A stretch of DNA of 62,909 nucleotides, counting the filler, from Basidiobolus ranarum (lineage: Eukaryota): assembly GCA_040143965.1 (NCBI GenBank). It is 49 parts of 49 records of this genome, joined end to end, with 100 filler letters (N's around TTAATTAATTAA, not from the genome) between each part and the next. Parts side by side here need not be neighbours in the genome. Positions count along the whole stretch, not along the records: positions 48,908 to 50,090 come from JASJQH010006102.1; positions 50,191 to 51,373 come from JASJQH010006103.1; positions 51,474 to 52,656 come from JASJQH010006104.1; positions 52,757 to 53,938 come from JASJQH010006105.1; positions 54,039 to 55,220 come from JASJQH010006106.1; positions 55,321 to 56,502 come from JASJQH010006107.1; positions 56,603 to 57,784 come from JASJQH010006108.1; positions 57,885 to 59,066 come from JASJQH010006109.1; 41 more parts are not named here. The stretch is one strand, 5' to 3'. Within the stretch, counting starts at the first letter, position 1, and each line of letters starts with the position of its first letter. Below are positions 49,064 through 62,168 of this stretch, piece after piece. The translations under genes were made by a program, and so were the position numbers. Under the pieces are notes generated by a model. That model searched no databases, had not been told where the DNA came from, and saw nothing but the letters and a program-made list of their open reading frames with translations.

Positions 49064-49144
49064 AGAATAAATGCTATGAATTGGTGGCTGAGAATAAATG
49101 CAATGAATTGGTGGCTGAGAATAAATGCTATGAGTGGGTGGCTT
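49064..49144 (+). repeat. 3 x 27-bp tandem repeat
   Basis: AGAATAAATGC(T/A)ATGA(A/G)T(T/G)GGTGGCT(G/T), just after TATATAAA. Confidence 0.9.
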
Positions 49145-50190
49145 AGCATTGAAGTGCTAATAAGATTACTAATAAAGCAGCTGTGGCTTTGAAACTTAGA
49201 ACACATCAGCATCAAGTACTGTCGCAGCTCTGTGCAAAATTTGAAGAGAATCCATTAGCTGGTTCAAAAGTTAGCACTAATTTTGTGAGCATCCTGAGAT
49301 CCTGAATTCCTGTGTTCTGAATATATGCTAGTGTGGATTTTTGTGTTGGCAATTTTGAGATGATTGTAGCTCCAGCAATATTTGATCAAATCTTATGATT
49401 CTTGCATGGTTGTAAAGCTCTAATTCCAGAAATTCTGATTGCAGCTGGAATTGTTGTAATAAAGTAGGTATTGATGTGACTATGAGTGATTGAATATTGT
49501 TGTTCTTTTTCTTGATCTGTAAAATATTAAAAGATAGCAATAGATAATATTCTTCCTGCTTATTATGTGCAAGATATGATTGGAATATTTCCAACACTAC
49601 AGCGTTATTCAATATCCAGCAATTTTTGCAAAAATATAATTTTTGAATGGCAAATTACTGGGTTTACTGCTATAGGAATTTGAATTAATACGCATGCCTT
49701 TATTTAGATATTGTAGGCTTTGTATTCCAGCCATAATGAGAATCAAAAAATGCAAGAATCTAGTTATGTTTAGTCTCTACATATGCACATATTTGACTGA
49801 TTAGACATAATCCACCAATTACATAGTAAGTAAATAGTTGAGCAAGGTTCAACCAAAACACTGTCAAGATAATCAACTTCAAAAATGGCTACTTTGCCCA
49901 CTATTCAACACCCTCCATAGAAAATATGGATAGAATTATTACAAGAAGGGAATTGCAGGCCCTAACAAAAATAAAATTGCTTTGATCCGGATTGGATCCA
50001 CTCTCCAAAATAGCAAAACTGTCAGAGAACCGTCACAATATTGTTGGCTTGCATTCTGCCAGGGATTTTGATGGTGTGATGGCGGTTTCTNNNNNNNNNN
50101 NNNNNNNNNNNNNNNNNNNNNNNNNNNNNNNNNNTTAATTAATTAANNNNNNNNNNNNNNNNNNNNNNNNNNNNNNNNNNNNNNNNNNNN

Positions 50191-51373
50191 ATATGCACAT
50201 ACTTGACTGATTAGACATAACTCCAAAACATCAATATGCTTTGCCCGCAAATTAATGATGGAAAAATTGCTAATCATCTGAAACTTTGAATAGCACTGAC
50301 ACTTGGCAATGAGCTGACTCTTGTTACCATTCACAATGAGAATAAACTCTTGGATTTTGGCAAATTTCCGTAAAGAATTCAGCCAATATATCCTCAACTT
50401 GCAGTCAATGCATGTCCTGCCACAAGTAGATGTGTCATTGCTGGAATGGATTACCCCATGGCTAAAACAATATTACTGCATGTCTAGATCTATCTCACTA
50501 AGAAGTCTGTCTTGCAGCTTTCCTAAAAACACTGTTGGATTATCACACAAGCAAATTAGTCCAAGTATAGAAGTACTTAATCTGTGTCCATGGAATGGGC
50601 TTTGGTGCTGTTATTGTGCTCAAACAATGCAACAACTTGGGAGCACATTGATAAGAGCCCTTTGTTGGCAGGTTCATATACCTAACCCTGCTTTACCCAT
50701 TGCATCACATCCATCACTGATTTTGCTGATACATTGTTAATCAGATTAGCATCCAGTAATACTGAAAATTTCACACAGAGCATCATTTCACAGCAGATGC
50801 ACTCCATGCGGAACTCCCAGAATGTACAACAAGGGCCTATAATCTCTAAGCATGGTGATAGATGTAGCATAGAATGTTTTGAACACAGGCCTAGATTCAA
50901 TCTATCATCTTTAAATCTGTAATAAAGTTTTTCATATTCAATTACAAGATTCCACTTGAATATACACAAATCCAATACTTCCAGTCTTTGCATTTGAATA
51001 AATGCCTAGATGAGTAGATATTGATGGGAGTCCCGGTAAAATATGATGGTTTCTTGATGTTATCAAGCATTTTCCCAATTGATTCAAACTTTGATCCTGT
51101 GTTTTATGGTTCATTCATATTGAATTTTCCACTATATAGCTGAGTAAGTAGTATTGAAAGTTGTTGAATAATAAGTGCATAGTGCCTAATGTGAAGCTCT
51201 GGCTACCATTCAGAAGGAGGAAGATTTAAGTTAATTAAAATTATTGGCCAGCAAGCCTTTCCAATGGTATATTTGTTTAGTGAGAAACCATCCAGAGCCA
51301 ATGCAAAGGCATGATCATATTTGTTTGCAAAGAAACCTTGACTTTTCAGATTCTGGTAGTGATATCCATCAAG
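50191..51373 (-). mobile_element. CACTA/EnSpm-like transposase remnant with internal deletion
   Basis: Colinear with 27080-28200; joined near 51205 to the LALDGF region. Confidence 0.85.
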
Positions 51374-51473
51374 NNNNNNNNNNNNNNNNNNNNNNNNNNN
51401 NNNNNNNNNNNNNNNNNTTAATTAATTAANNNNNNNNNNNNNNNNNNNNNNNNNNNNNNNNNNNNNNNNNNNN

Positions 51474-52656
51474 AATTTGTGAGGATTGTATATATGGAAA
51501 ACAAGCCAGGCAACCGTTCAAGAGCTCTGGTTTAATCAAATCTGTCAAAAAATTGGATCTAATTCATTCAGATTTGTGTGGACCAATGCAAAATTTATCT
51601 TTAGGTGGAAAAAGATATTTAATTACATTTATTGATGATTATAAAAGATACACTTGGGTCTACTTTATGGAAAGAAAAGAAGAAGCTCTCTCTATCTTTA
51701 GAGACTTTAAAACACTTGTGGAGACTGAGACTCAAACTAAAATCAAGAAAAACATACTGATAATGGTGGAGAATATACTTCAACAATATTTAAGTACTTT
51801 TGCAAAGTTCATGGAATTAAGCAAGAAACTACTGCTCCCTATTCACCTCAACAAAATGGAGTTGCTGAAAGAGCTAACAAGCCTATAATAGAGATGGCAA
51901 GATCTATGATAAATGCACAAAATTTATCTCATAACTTTTGGGCGGAATTTGTTGCTACAGCTGTATATCTGAAGAATAGGAGTTTTACTAGTAGTCTGTC
52001 TAACTCTTGACCATATCAAGCTTGGTTTGAAGTTAAACCTGATATAAAACATTTGAGGATCTTTGGATGCATTGCTTGTGTCAAAATTACAACCAAAAAT
52101 TGGTCTAAATTTGATCCAAAAAGTAAGAAATTCATATTTCTGGGTTATTGTACTCAAACTAGGGCCTACAGACTCTATGATACTGAAATTTCCAAGTTAA
52201 TCAAGTTCAGGGATGTGTGTTTAATGAAAATGAAAAATTTCACCCAAAATGACCTCAGATGATGACAAAAATCAATTTTCTCCTGATCCAATCATTCAAA
52301 TTGATTCAAACCAAAACAATGAAGAAAATAGCATTCCTGTGGACCCTTCAACCAAGATTTTGCCTACTGAAGTGCCCAATACAATGCCAGAAGTTGTATT
52401 ACCTTTATCCCAAAGCAGTAGATCAAATTGGATCAAATCGGATCAGAAGTAACCCTGATTACTATATCAATGAGTCCCAAAATTGGGCCTATGCCTGCAC
52501 AGCTCAAATACATGAACCCCAGACTGTAAAAGAGGCCCTGAATGGCCCTCACACAAAATTTTGGAGATCTGCAATGGCTGATGAGTACCAGGCTTTGATT
52601 GATAATCAAACTTGGATTTTAACCAACTTACCTGATGACAGAAAATCAATTGGCTG
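51474..52656 (+). mobile_element. Ty1/copia integrase to RT start remnant
   Basis: [47 protein letters not shown]. Confidence 0.95.
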
Positions 52657-52756
52657 NNNNNNNNNNNNNNNNNNNNNNNNNNNNNNNNNNNNNNNNNNNN
52701 TTAATTAATTAANNNNNNNNNNNNNNNNNNNNNNNNNNNNNNNNNNNNNNNNNNNN

Positions 52757-53321
52757 AATTAGCTAAAAATCCGATGTTTTGTAATAGAAGCAAACATACA
52801 GATATTAAGCATCACTTCATGAGAGAGACTGTAGAGAATAAGTTTATTGACCTAACTTATTGTTCTACAGAAAACATGATTACTGATATATCAACCAAAC
52901 CATTAGCTATACAGAAATTTGAGAAATTTAGACCTTTATTAGGATTTGTTTATATGACTATTTGTTGAGGAAGAGTGTTGAAATTAGCTTTGCCCAAACA
53001 CCTATATAGTCATATATAGCTTGATACTTAGTTATCTTAAAATTCACCAAGATATTATCCACTATTCACAATTGGAATTTAGTTGGAATATTTTTACTGA
53101 CTGAGAAGTTCTCAGATATGTAGATTTTTCAAAGTTGTGCTAGAAGCCCCAATCTTTGCATACATGTTCCTGGGACCTTCCTTAACACATTCTACATGTT
53201 AGTTTGTCTACATCTTGCTAAAACTATAAATGTCAATTTTCTACTCAATAATCAATAAGTGAAAACCACCAATTCATCTGATTCTCCAAATCACTTCCAA
53301 CAGGCTCCCAAACACTGTCAC
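52757..53321 (+). mobile_element. Copia RNase H end, PPT (GAGGAAGAG) and family A 3' LTR (from 52976)
   Basis: RSKHTDIKHHF, TDISTKPL; PPT|TGTTGAAATT. Confidence 0.9.
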
Positions 53322-53324
53322 CGT

Positions 53325-53938
53325 ATGAGCTTGAGAGACCTTTGGGTGTATCCTGGGCTTTCTAGATTGATATAACCAATGGGTCATTAGATTGAAGTTT
53401 GTGGATGTCTACATGGAATATAATTGAACTAAGCAGAGAAAGAGCTGGTGAACTAATTTGAAGTTGGTGGGTCTTCGGTGAGGATGTATCTTGTGGGCCA
53501 AAGGATTCATCCCCTTCTTTAGGCTGATATTCTGCTCTATGTGATCAGGCATTAAGTTCTCCTTGCTGGCTTCCTGGTCAACAAGTAAGCACAAAATCAA
53601 AACTGGCAAGAAATAATGGTCATCTTGCTTGATGGCAGTTGAGAACTTTGCTTGTACTAAAATACTGAAGATTCTTATGTTCACAATAGATGGTGATTGT
53701 GTGTTTTACTCCATCCAAGTATTGTTTCCATTGTTCAAATGCAGCAATAATTGCTAACAGTTCCTTGTCATAGATGTCATAGTTGATTTCTGCTGCAGAG
53801 AATTTTCTTGAATAAAAGGCAACAGGGTGCAGTAAGTTTTTATCCCCATACGGTGCTAGTACTGCTCCTAGAGGAAAGTCAGATGCATTGGTTTCAACAA
53901 AAAATGGCTTGTCTAGCTTGGGGCATGCCAGGATTGGT
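53325..53938 (-). mobile_element. Ty3/gypsy RNase H remnant
   Basis: Colinear with 6705-7310; NYDIYDKELLAIIAAFEQW. Confidence 0.9.
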
Positions 53939-54038
53939 NNNNNNNNNNNNNNNNNNNNNNNNNNNNNNNNNNNNNNNNNNNNTTAATTAATTAANNNNNN
54001 NNNNNNNNNNNNNNNNNNNNNNNNNNNNNNNNNNNNNN

Positions 54039-54345
54039 AACAGGACTGGTAACAATGACAAGAGGGTAGAAGGCAGGAGAGTACTTGGGTGTAGACCACA
54101 AGACAAGACTGGACAAGGAAGATAATTTGGCAAGAATCTTTATTGATAACTGGCATTGATCAGACTGAGGTTGGATCAAGGAATACATGGGCTTATATAA
54201 ATATTGCAAGGTGAAACATAATATACTGAATAGGGAATATACTGTGGCAAGTTCAAGAGTTGGGGTGTTGGGGACTTCAAGGACCAATACAAAGAGGGAT
54301 GATGTAAGGATGATGTAAGGATGATCAGGTGGCCTTCCATGGAAG
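54039..54345 (-). repeat. Gypsy LTR fragment with TATA box (54193-54203) and putative self-primer (54156-54166)
   Basis: Homologous to 16500-16668. Confidence 0.8.
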
Positions 54346-54626
54346 GTAAAAAAAAGTAAATTAATTGTTTGAAATATTCAAGAGTTTATGTAGTCAGATA
54401 TGATAGATAAGTGGGGGCAATAAGACATACCTGTTGTATAGATATAGAGATATTCCTATTTAGAATATAGGGGCTATAGATACATTGCTTCCTGCTTCTG
54501 ATATATCTATCATTACTAAAGTTAATTATGATGTTGAATAAAGATTAATTATCCAACAGTTTCTGATATAAATACTTTCACTAGCACAGAAAGTAGTGCT
54601 TCTTTTTCTGTCCTCTGATGATATTG

Positions 54627-55220
54627 TTAACCATAGACTACCATCTCGTCTATTGTCAGCTTGCAATCAGGCTCTTCTTTAATATGGTCTTCCAAGTAGG
54701 ATGTCAAAGGATGGTCTATCTGATACATTAAAGAAGGGTGATGATACTTTGACTTGTCCAATATCCAATTATACTGCATGACAGACTCCCCGCATCTTCT
54801 CAGAATCACCATTTGCAGTTTTCATAGTCTAAGAGACCCCAGTTGAAGGAAGGTTAAGGCTTTTGAACACAGACCCCTTGATAGCATTAATTTCTGAGCC
54901 AGTATCAAAGATACATTCCACTACTTGACCTTCTATGGTTGCTTTGTAAGATCCACTAGCTATGGAGTAGTATGCCTTTTCTACTGCTAATCTTAGCTGC
55001 TCAGATGTAAAGGATTTGTCTAAATTCTGAGCAATGTGATATTCCTTTGGACAATGCACCAAGTTGTTGTTAACTTCTTTCTTAACAGGCTTGAAGAGTG
55101 CTGGCTGAGTTTGCTGTAGATGTTCCACTGCTGAAAACATTTGTTGGTTGTTGATTTGAGGAAATGGTGACTTTAAGAACTTATCAATGACCTTTTGTGC
55201 AGTGGCAGAGTCAGCAACAG
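54627..55220 (-). mobile_element. Gypsy-type gag end and aspartic protease remnant
   Basis: VECIFDTGSEINAI active-site motif. Confidence 0.8.
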
Positions 55221-56602
55221 NNNNNNNNNNNNNNNNNNNNNNNNNNNNNNNNNNNNNNNNNNNNTTAATTAATTAANNNNNNNNNNNNNNNNNNNNNNNN
55301 NNNNNNNNNNNNNNNNNNNNCGAACAAGTACCGTTTATTGTGTTAAAGGGGTCGACAGCTGCTCTTTGCTCTAAAAGTTAGACAACGCTTATGAACATAA
55401 ATAAAGCAACTAGTTGCAGTAGATGGTGCTAAACCTATCAATTAAACCATTATTTTTGTCAATTTGAGGAGTATAGTTCACTTCCTGGAAACCAACCTTT
55501 TTCTATTTTAATGTTGGTTTGTTCAGAGTGAAGGTCAATTGTGGTGGTGCGTGGCCAAGGGAGATTGGTGGCTATTTGAAAACCTAAGTGGTGCAAGTAT
55601 ATAAAAAATGAGGAAGAAGCATTCGACACACCAACATTATAGTCCTCTCATATAGTGTTAAAATGGAGCCTTTCCAACTTTGGTTGACTCTCCTTTCTGT
55701 ATATTAAGTCTCTAAGCTCCAGTGGAGTCAACTCCGAGGGAGGACATCGTTTCATAGGCGATTGAGTTTTAATTCATCTTAAAATATATAATGCTTATAT
55801 TTATACTTGATTACTTGACGAATGATCTTGATCCCAATATATTTGGAAAGTTTTCTACCTATTAGTAAATGCAATGATACTCTCAAAATATATTGTGTAT
55901 GGTTTACGCTTGGACAAAATAGTAGCGTTACAGATGGTATTTTGATAGTTGTTGCTATAATGAAAAGATGAAGCTTATCTGAACTCATTTTCTTGCAAGT
56001 AGGAAAGTTTGATAGTTTCCTGCTTTATACTGCTAAGCTTTTTTCTATTGTTCGTGTTAGTACTACTACTAGGCCCAAAGACTAACTCCAGGTTTGTTAA
56101 GGATGTACCTATAATATGGATTTTCGTCATTAATCTTTGAACTTGAGAAAAGAACCAACTTTTTTGGTTGGCTATACAGCTCTCTTGTTGAGGAGTTTGC
56201 AAATGATATAAGGTAAGCTAGACAAAAGAAAGAATCGTTCAGGCTAAGAAGCTGCGAGACAAATCCAAATAAATAATCAAATCTGATGCTTTTACAATTT
56301 GAATATAGCCATCTGTTGGTTCCCATACTAGGAAGAAGACAAATTCAAAATATCCAACGCTTGTATAGTTATCTGATTTTAGAGGCTAATCCTTTGTTGC
56401 AGGTAATGTCAGGAGATATTAATGTATAATGGGAATATTTGAAAGTAACAACAGGTATTGTTGTTGGCCTCTCTGTCTATTAGAGTTTGTACTTTATACT
56501 CCNNNNNNNNNNNNNNNNNNNNNNNNNNNNNNNNNNNNNNNNNNNNTTAATTAATTAANNNNNNNNNNNNNNNNNNNNNNNNNNNNNNNNNNNNNNNNNN
56601 NN

Positions 56603-57784
56603 GCTAGATTGTCATGGTGACATTCATATGTATGGTGTGGGATTGACTGAAATCCCATATGAGAATGGATGGAGGGAGCAGCATGTTGCTGTAGCTCAAG
56701 TACAGCATTCTGAGGGTCTTGTATCATTGTTGAGTGACTCTGTAACTGTTGACTAGTTGCTTTGAAATGCTACATTGATTGCAATATTGTGGTGTTATTG
56801 CTTGTCAAGGCCTGTATAGCAACTTCATAGTTTTTACTTATGATTGCATACAAATCATTACAGTGTTCTGCCTGCAATTACCTTATTGCAATAATTCTAT
56901 CCAAATTTTCTATGGAGGGTTGGGCAATAGTGGGCAAAGTAGCCATTTTGGAAGTTGATAGTCTTGATGGTGTTTTGGTTGAACTTTGCTCAACTATTGA
57001 TTTACTATATAAGTGGGGGATTATAATCTCTTCACTTGCACTATTGCTGGAAAGGAACACAGCTGGTAAATTGATTAATGCTTCATCATAACTTGAGTTA
57101 GTTTCTGGCATGTTAATGCCTTCCAAAGTGGATAGTGGATTGCTAGACTGCTCTTCAATTAAGTCCTCTGTTCTTGCTGGTTTTTTTCCTTTTGTGCCAG
57201 CAGACTTTGGCTTGGAAGCCAATTTTGACTTAGATTTTGAATGCTTTTTGAATGGCATTGAAGTTTTCAGATGGTAAACTTGGTATAATGAAATTGCTTT
57301 GAAACAGCATATAATAAACCAAAATTGCCATCCATTACCAGATATAGCTTGTAAATCCCCTGATGACTCATCTGTGACACCATCTCAGAATCAGCTGTTG
57401 ATATTGATGGGCTATACCTAAAATACCACCCTTACGTGAGAGGTGTTCTTTTTCTCTAATATCCTACTCATGCTGCAACACAAATGTTTAAAGAAGCCCT
57501 GCTATTATTGTCACAAATTCTTGTGCAATGAAAGCCAGAGGCTTCATAGAAAAAGTAATCACAAGCATGGTCACTGGGCATAGCCACCAGCTGCACAAAA
57601 CCTGGTGTATAGCAGCAGTAATAAGTGCACTAAATCAACTTTAGTTTTGCCTATTAAGTCCACTGACTGTAGTTTGCCTCAAAAGTTTTGGTAACATTGC
57701 CAAAAGTCAAGATACCGTGGTGTTACCACAGTTATATGACCAGAATGATGTAGGGCAAAATGCAACTTTGGTCAAACCAGTAAG
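56603..57784. mobile_element. CACTA-like central region: accessory ORF copy 3 (start 57258, minus) and transposase 5' end (plus)
   Basis: Colinear with 37356-38110 and 41498-42392. Confidence 0.78.
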
Positions 57785-57884
57785 NNNNNNNNNNNNNNNN
57801 NNNNNNNNNNNNNNNNNNNNNNNNNNNNTTAATTAATTAANNNNNNNNNNNNNNNNNNNNNNNNNNNNNNNNNNNNNNNNNNNN

Positions 57885-57971
57885 GACCATACTTTCACTG
57901 TTGAACATCTTACCAACTCCTTCTTGGATGTTACCAGCGGCGTTCTTGGCGGCAGCAGAGATTTTAGACAT
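57885..57971 (-). CDS. N-terminus of a CsbD-like protein (MSKISAAAKNAAGNIQEGVGKMFNSESMV...)
   Basis: K...G.IQE.VG......M pattern as in the 42.6/43.3 kb genes; same ATCAACATG context; missed by the ORF track. Confidence 0.72.
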
Positions 57972-58885
57972 GTTGATATTAGATTGATATGATTTGGAGG
58001 CAGTTGATTATAATAATAATGGTGATTACTGACTGCATTTTTATACTTGTTCAATTCGGAATGAATTTATGTCATCAATGAATATTTCGCAGATCAGGTC
58101 AGGCGGATAACGTTTTGATTTCGTCATTGGAATTATCTCATCATAACGGAATTTAACTAAGGATATCTATCTAAATATGGCTTCACCTTGTGTCTAATGC
58201 GAATGTGTGTATTTCACTCCTACCTGATTGAGTATCGTTATGTATGCATAAAGTAATCGATTGATTAACATCTTAGCTAATCTTGCGGCTGGTAGAACCT
58301 TCAACACATATTGACTTTTAAAAAACGCGAAGTTCTGATTTTAACATTAGCTTCTTCCTCTTACTTTAGGAAGTTGTCAATAAGTTACCAGTACTTATAC
58401 TGCTATCATTACTTAAAAATTACTAGGTATCGCTGTGGTTTTAATACTGGCATCACATCGTTAAAGTTACAACCGACTATATATGTATTTGAGCAAATCT
58501 CGTACTTTCGTTATTCTGTTTGGATCATAAATATTAAACTAGTCTATCGATCGAAATACTAATAATGAGCGGTGGATATTTTATGCATTCAAATTCGACA
58601 GAAGTTTGATACTTTAACAAATTGAAACATAATACGAAAACTAAAATAAGCCCAATACAAAACTATTCTAGTGATATCTATAGCAAATCGCTATTAGTGT
58701 TGCCGTAGATTTTACTATGATATTAAAATCGTCGTTGCAAATAGAGGAATATAATGCATGCACTGCGAACGTAGTCAAATGAGTTATTTTGAAGCAATAT
58801 TTATTTTACTATTTAACAAAAAAAATGCAATTGGTGTACATGAGAAGAATTTAACTGACAATAAGTTGTTTGGATAAGTAAATAT

Positions 58886-59065
58886 CTACAATACTCTGTT
58901 GTTATAAGCTGCATTCTGTTGTGCATCACCATGTACTCGTTGTGAAGCTCCATTAAGCTCCATGGATGGATTGCCAGTGGCATAGCCTACATTTTGTTTC
59001 ACCGCACCAGTAGCAGCATTAGTAGTTCCTGCGACAGCTCCTGGTTGATTCTTAGCCACATGTTC
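58886..59065 (-). CDS. C-terminus of a CsbD-like protein
   Basis: ...ATGAVKQNVGYATGNPSMELNGASQRVHGDAQQNAAYNNRVL*. Confidence 0.75.
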   Translation of the reverse strand, partial: EHVAKNQPGAVAGTTNAATGAVKQNVGYATGNPSMELNGASQRVHGDAQQNAAYNNRVL

Positions 59066-59549
59066 TNNNNNNNNNNNNNNNNNNNNNNNNNNNNNNNNNN
59101 NNNNNNNNNNTTAATTAATTAANNNNNNNNNNNNNNNNNNNNNNNNNNNNNNNNNNNNNNNNNNNNGAGATATTGATACAAACTTGTGTTGTGTAAGAGC
59201 TAAACTGTTGGTATGAAGAACTCTACAAAAATATTCAGGAAAATTTATTGAAGAGACTAGGTATTTCAAAGGTGACAAATTAGAGTTCAAGTGGAAATTG
59301 TGTAAATTTGAGTTATGTTTTTTGCACATGTATTGATCCAGAGTTCTCTGAGATTGTAGCCAATCATGTGCAACTATTTTGCAACATCTTGAAATCTTGC
59401 TCCTGAAACTGAAAAATTGATTAAAATCAAATCTAACTTGACATTTTTTTGATAGTAAGTAAACAGACAATCCCAAATGGATTAAAATTGTGATGGTTTT
59501 CCTACAATAACAATCCTCAAATTTTTATTAGGGATTACCAATCTGAGTG

Positions 59550-60263
59550 CTAAATTGAATGTTCTTCTTTTGAAGCCACTTTCTGCATACTTGCACTGCA
59601 TTTTTCCCATAATACTTTTGAAATTACTCCTCAAGCACTTTGACTATTTTCATATGTCTTTATTGGGTGACACTACTGAGGATGCTTTGTGGTGTTTGTG
59701 TGGCTTTTTGCTTGCCTTTAACTTTGGGGCTAATTTCAACACTTTGAAAAGCACTAGTTGAGGTTGGAGAGCTGTGAGTTTTATTTACTGGTGTTTTGGC
59801 TTGTTCAGAGGTGCCAGGTGATGGATAGACTTCCAAATTTTGCACTCTTCCAACTGGTGTACCTGGTTCCATGGTGAAGTTAAGCTTCTTTGCAAATATA
59901 TCTGAATCTGGCAATGCAGATCTTTGTAATGGTGTTAAGTATTTGGTAAGTAGGAGAGTAGAGCCTAAACTAACTGGCTCCTTTGCTTTTGGTTATCCCA
60001 TGAGATTTCTATTTTCATGTGGCCAAGCAATTTCAGGTCATTTTGTAAGCTTAATGGTCTAATGCATATTCTGCTCTGCTAGATTGGCACAGTGATGTTA
60101 ATGTGTATGTTATGGAATTGATTGAAATCCCATATGAGAATGGACAGAGGGAGCAGCATGTTGCTGTAGCTCACATACAGCATTCTGAAGGTCTTGTATC
60201 ATTGTTGAGTGACTCTCTGACTGTTGACTAGTTGCTTCCAAATGCTGCATTAATTGCAATATT
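59550..60263 (-). mobile_element. Distal part of the CACTA-like accessory ORF (decayed)
   Basis: Matches 38830-39290 and 56603-56790. Confidence 0.7.
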
Positions 60264-60347
60264 AGACTTGTTCCATTTTATTGAGCCAGATCAGGCCAGC
60301 TAAAAAGTGTGCCAGCACAAATTGGCATGATTGGGCACTATCCGGCA
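60264..60347 (-). mobile_element. Harbinger-type element terminus inserted into the CACTA-like repeat
   Basis: ATT|AGACTTGTTCCATTTT...; reverse complement of 998-1081. Confidence 0.82.
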
Positions 60348-60934
60348 NNNNNNNNNNNNNNNNNNNNNNNNNNNNNNNNNNNNNNNNNNNNTTAATTAAT
60401 TAANNNNNNNNNNNNNNNNNNNNNNNNNNNNNNNNNNNNNNNNNNNNACCTTTGCGAATACTTATGAAAGTTGTGATTCCCGTACAAAAGATCAACTGAG
60501 TCTTTTAGAGCAGATCGAGCGCGACAAGATAAAGAAGTACCTGTGAAACTTTCATTCTCGTACGACATACACACAAGTTAGTAGTGTTGTCTGCTAATGC
60601 AGCTGTAGATATGCAACGATATCGCTATATGTACACTTTAAAGATTCAGTAATATAGAGTGAAGTTAGAATCAGTTTGCGTATCACATTTAGATTAGTTG
60701 GTCGAACGGTGACATCTCGATAATCCTTGATTCAAAACTAATATGATTGATTTTATTAAAAAGGGGGATGCAAATCACTCGATTCAAGATAAAAAAGTAT
60801 ATCTGAAAGGATTCTCAGCATCTTAATGACACTGATTTCATCTTAAAAGCTTATTTTCCTGCAACTTGATAATGCCCAATGCCATTAACTGATATTAGCA
60901 CATGTACTGGGGAAATGTGGGCTTTCAGGAGGAT

Positions 60935-61628
60935 GGTTTATGAAATGGTGCTGGGATTAACTTGCGGGATGTTTATTTCTTTGACCAGAAATGAAGTGTT
61001 TGTACTTTTTGGTGAAAATACAAAAGGTAGGCTATGAGGTTAAGTTTATTAAAGCACCCGTGGGAGTAAAATGAACCATAAAGGGGTCATATTAAACCAC
61101 CTTGAAATGTTAGGTATGACATTGCTGATTCTTAGATGATGCAAAAATATACCAAATGAATGTTCTGGTTTTCAGCTAAGTGCTATTTGATCAAACAATT
61201 ATAACCAACTTTGATGTGATACCAAGAATAGTTAGGTGTATACAGATAGTGATTACAAATATAGCAAAGGCAATAAACTTCAATAACATGCCAATCTACA
61301 ATGGAGCAACATTGAAATTAACATGATCTAAGCATCTATATAATCTTATGTAGCTTAGTATTTGGTTCTTCTATATTCTACAAAGATATAACTTACTATT
61401 CTAGAGAAGAATTTACTTACCAGTTTGTGTTGAAATTAGCATTGCCTAAACACCTATATAGTCATATATAGCTTAGTACTTAGTTATCTTATATTGAACT
61501 AAGATATTATCCATTATTCTTGATTGGAATTCACTCAGAATATTGACACCAACTTACAAGTTCTCAGATATATAGATTCTTTTAACTTGTGCTAGAAGCC
61601 TCAAATTTTGCTCACATGTTACTGGGAC
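60935..61628. repeat. LTR pile-up: old family B (minus, to ~61285), old family A start (~61310), younger family A (61428 onward)
   Basis: Homology to the LTRs defined above. Confidence 0.75.
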
Positions 61629-62168
61629 NNNNNNNNNNNNNNNNNNNNNNNNNNNNNNNNNNNNNNNNNNNNTTAATTAATTAANNNNNNNNNNNNNNNN
61701 NNNNNNNNNNNNNNNNNNNNNNNNNNNNATGAAACCAGTGTAAATTAAATACTAGTATCTTTTTAGAAATTAGAGATAATACAATTAAGCCAAATATGTA
61801 CTACCATCCCGAAACCCGGGAAGCTACCACCTCGAGGAGTAACTCTTGATCGACATTATGCATTTCATCGTACAAATCGAAGTTGTAAAGTATACGTCGA
61901 CATACATTGTAAGTGATAAACGATTGGTTCAGATATTACGTTAATTATGGACTAATTCCACCGTCACTCTAAAGGCCAAATAGTGATAGTCAAATATGTT
62001 TAGGTCGAAAGAAAATATAGTATCATTTTGAATTTGAATCAGAGTTTCCGGATATTACAATTCTATTTACATTATTATAGAAAGTACCTTTTAAAGCACT
62101 ATATTGATCTCTCTTGATCATGATTTTCTATGAAAAATGGTGGAACAATAATTACCTCTATACCCGAT

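Noticed and set aside
49064-49144. 27-bp repeats as a mini CRISPR array or repeat protein (LRINAMNWW)
   Set aside because: Units are directly adjacent with no spacers, there are no cas genes and the context is eukaryotic; most likely a minisatellite in an LTR-like region.
55660-56500. Possible decayed secreted-protein gene after a TATA box
   Set aside because: Early stop and no recognisable motif; cannot be supported.
998-60347. Inverted 84-bp repeats as the two ends of one 59-kb transposon
   Set aside because: They are on unrelated contigs and face outward; they are independent copies of the same end.
60448-60574. Short ORF start on the minus strand (MSYENESFTG...)
   Set aside because: No recognisable family signal in about 40 residues at a contig edge.
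1192-61728. Regularly spaced identical TTAATTAATTAA repeats, superficially array- or CRISPR-like
   Set aside because: Embedded in N-runs at fixed geometry; a synthetic six-frame stop linker. ORFs ending in X...LIN are artefacts.
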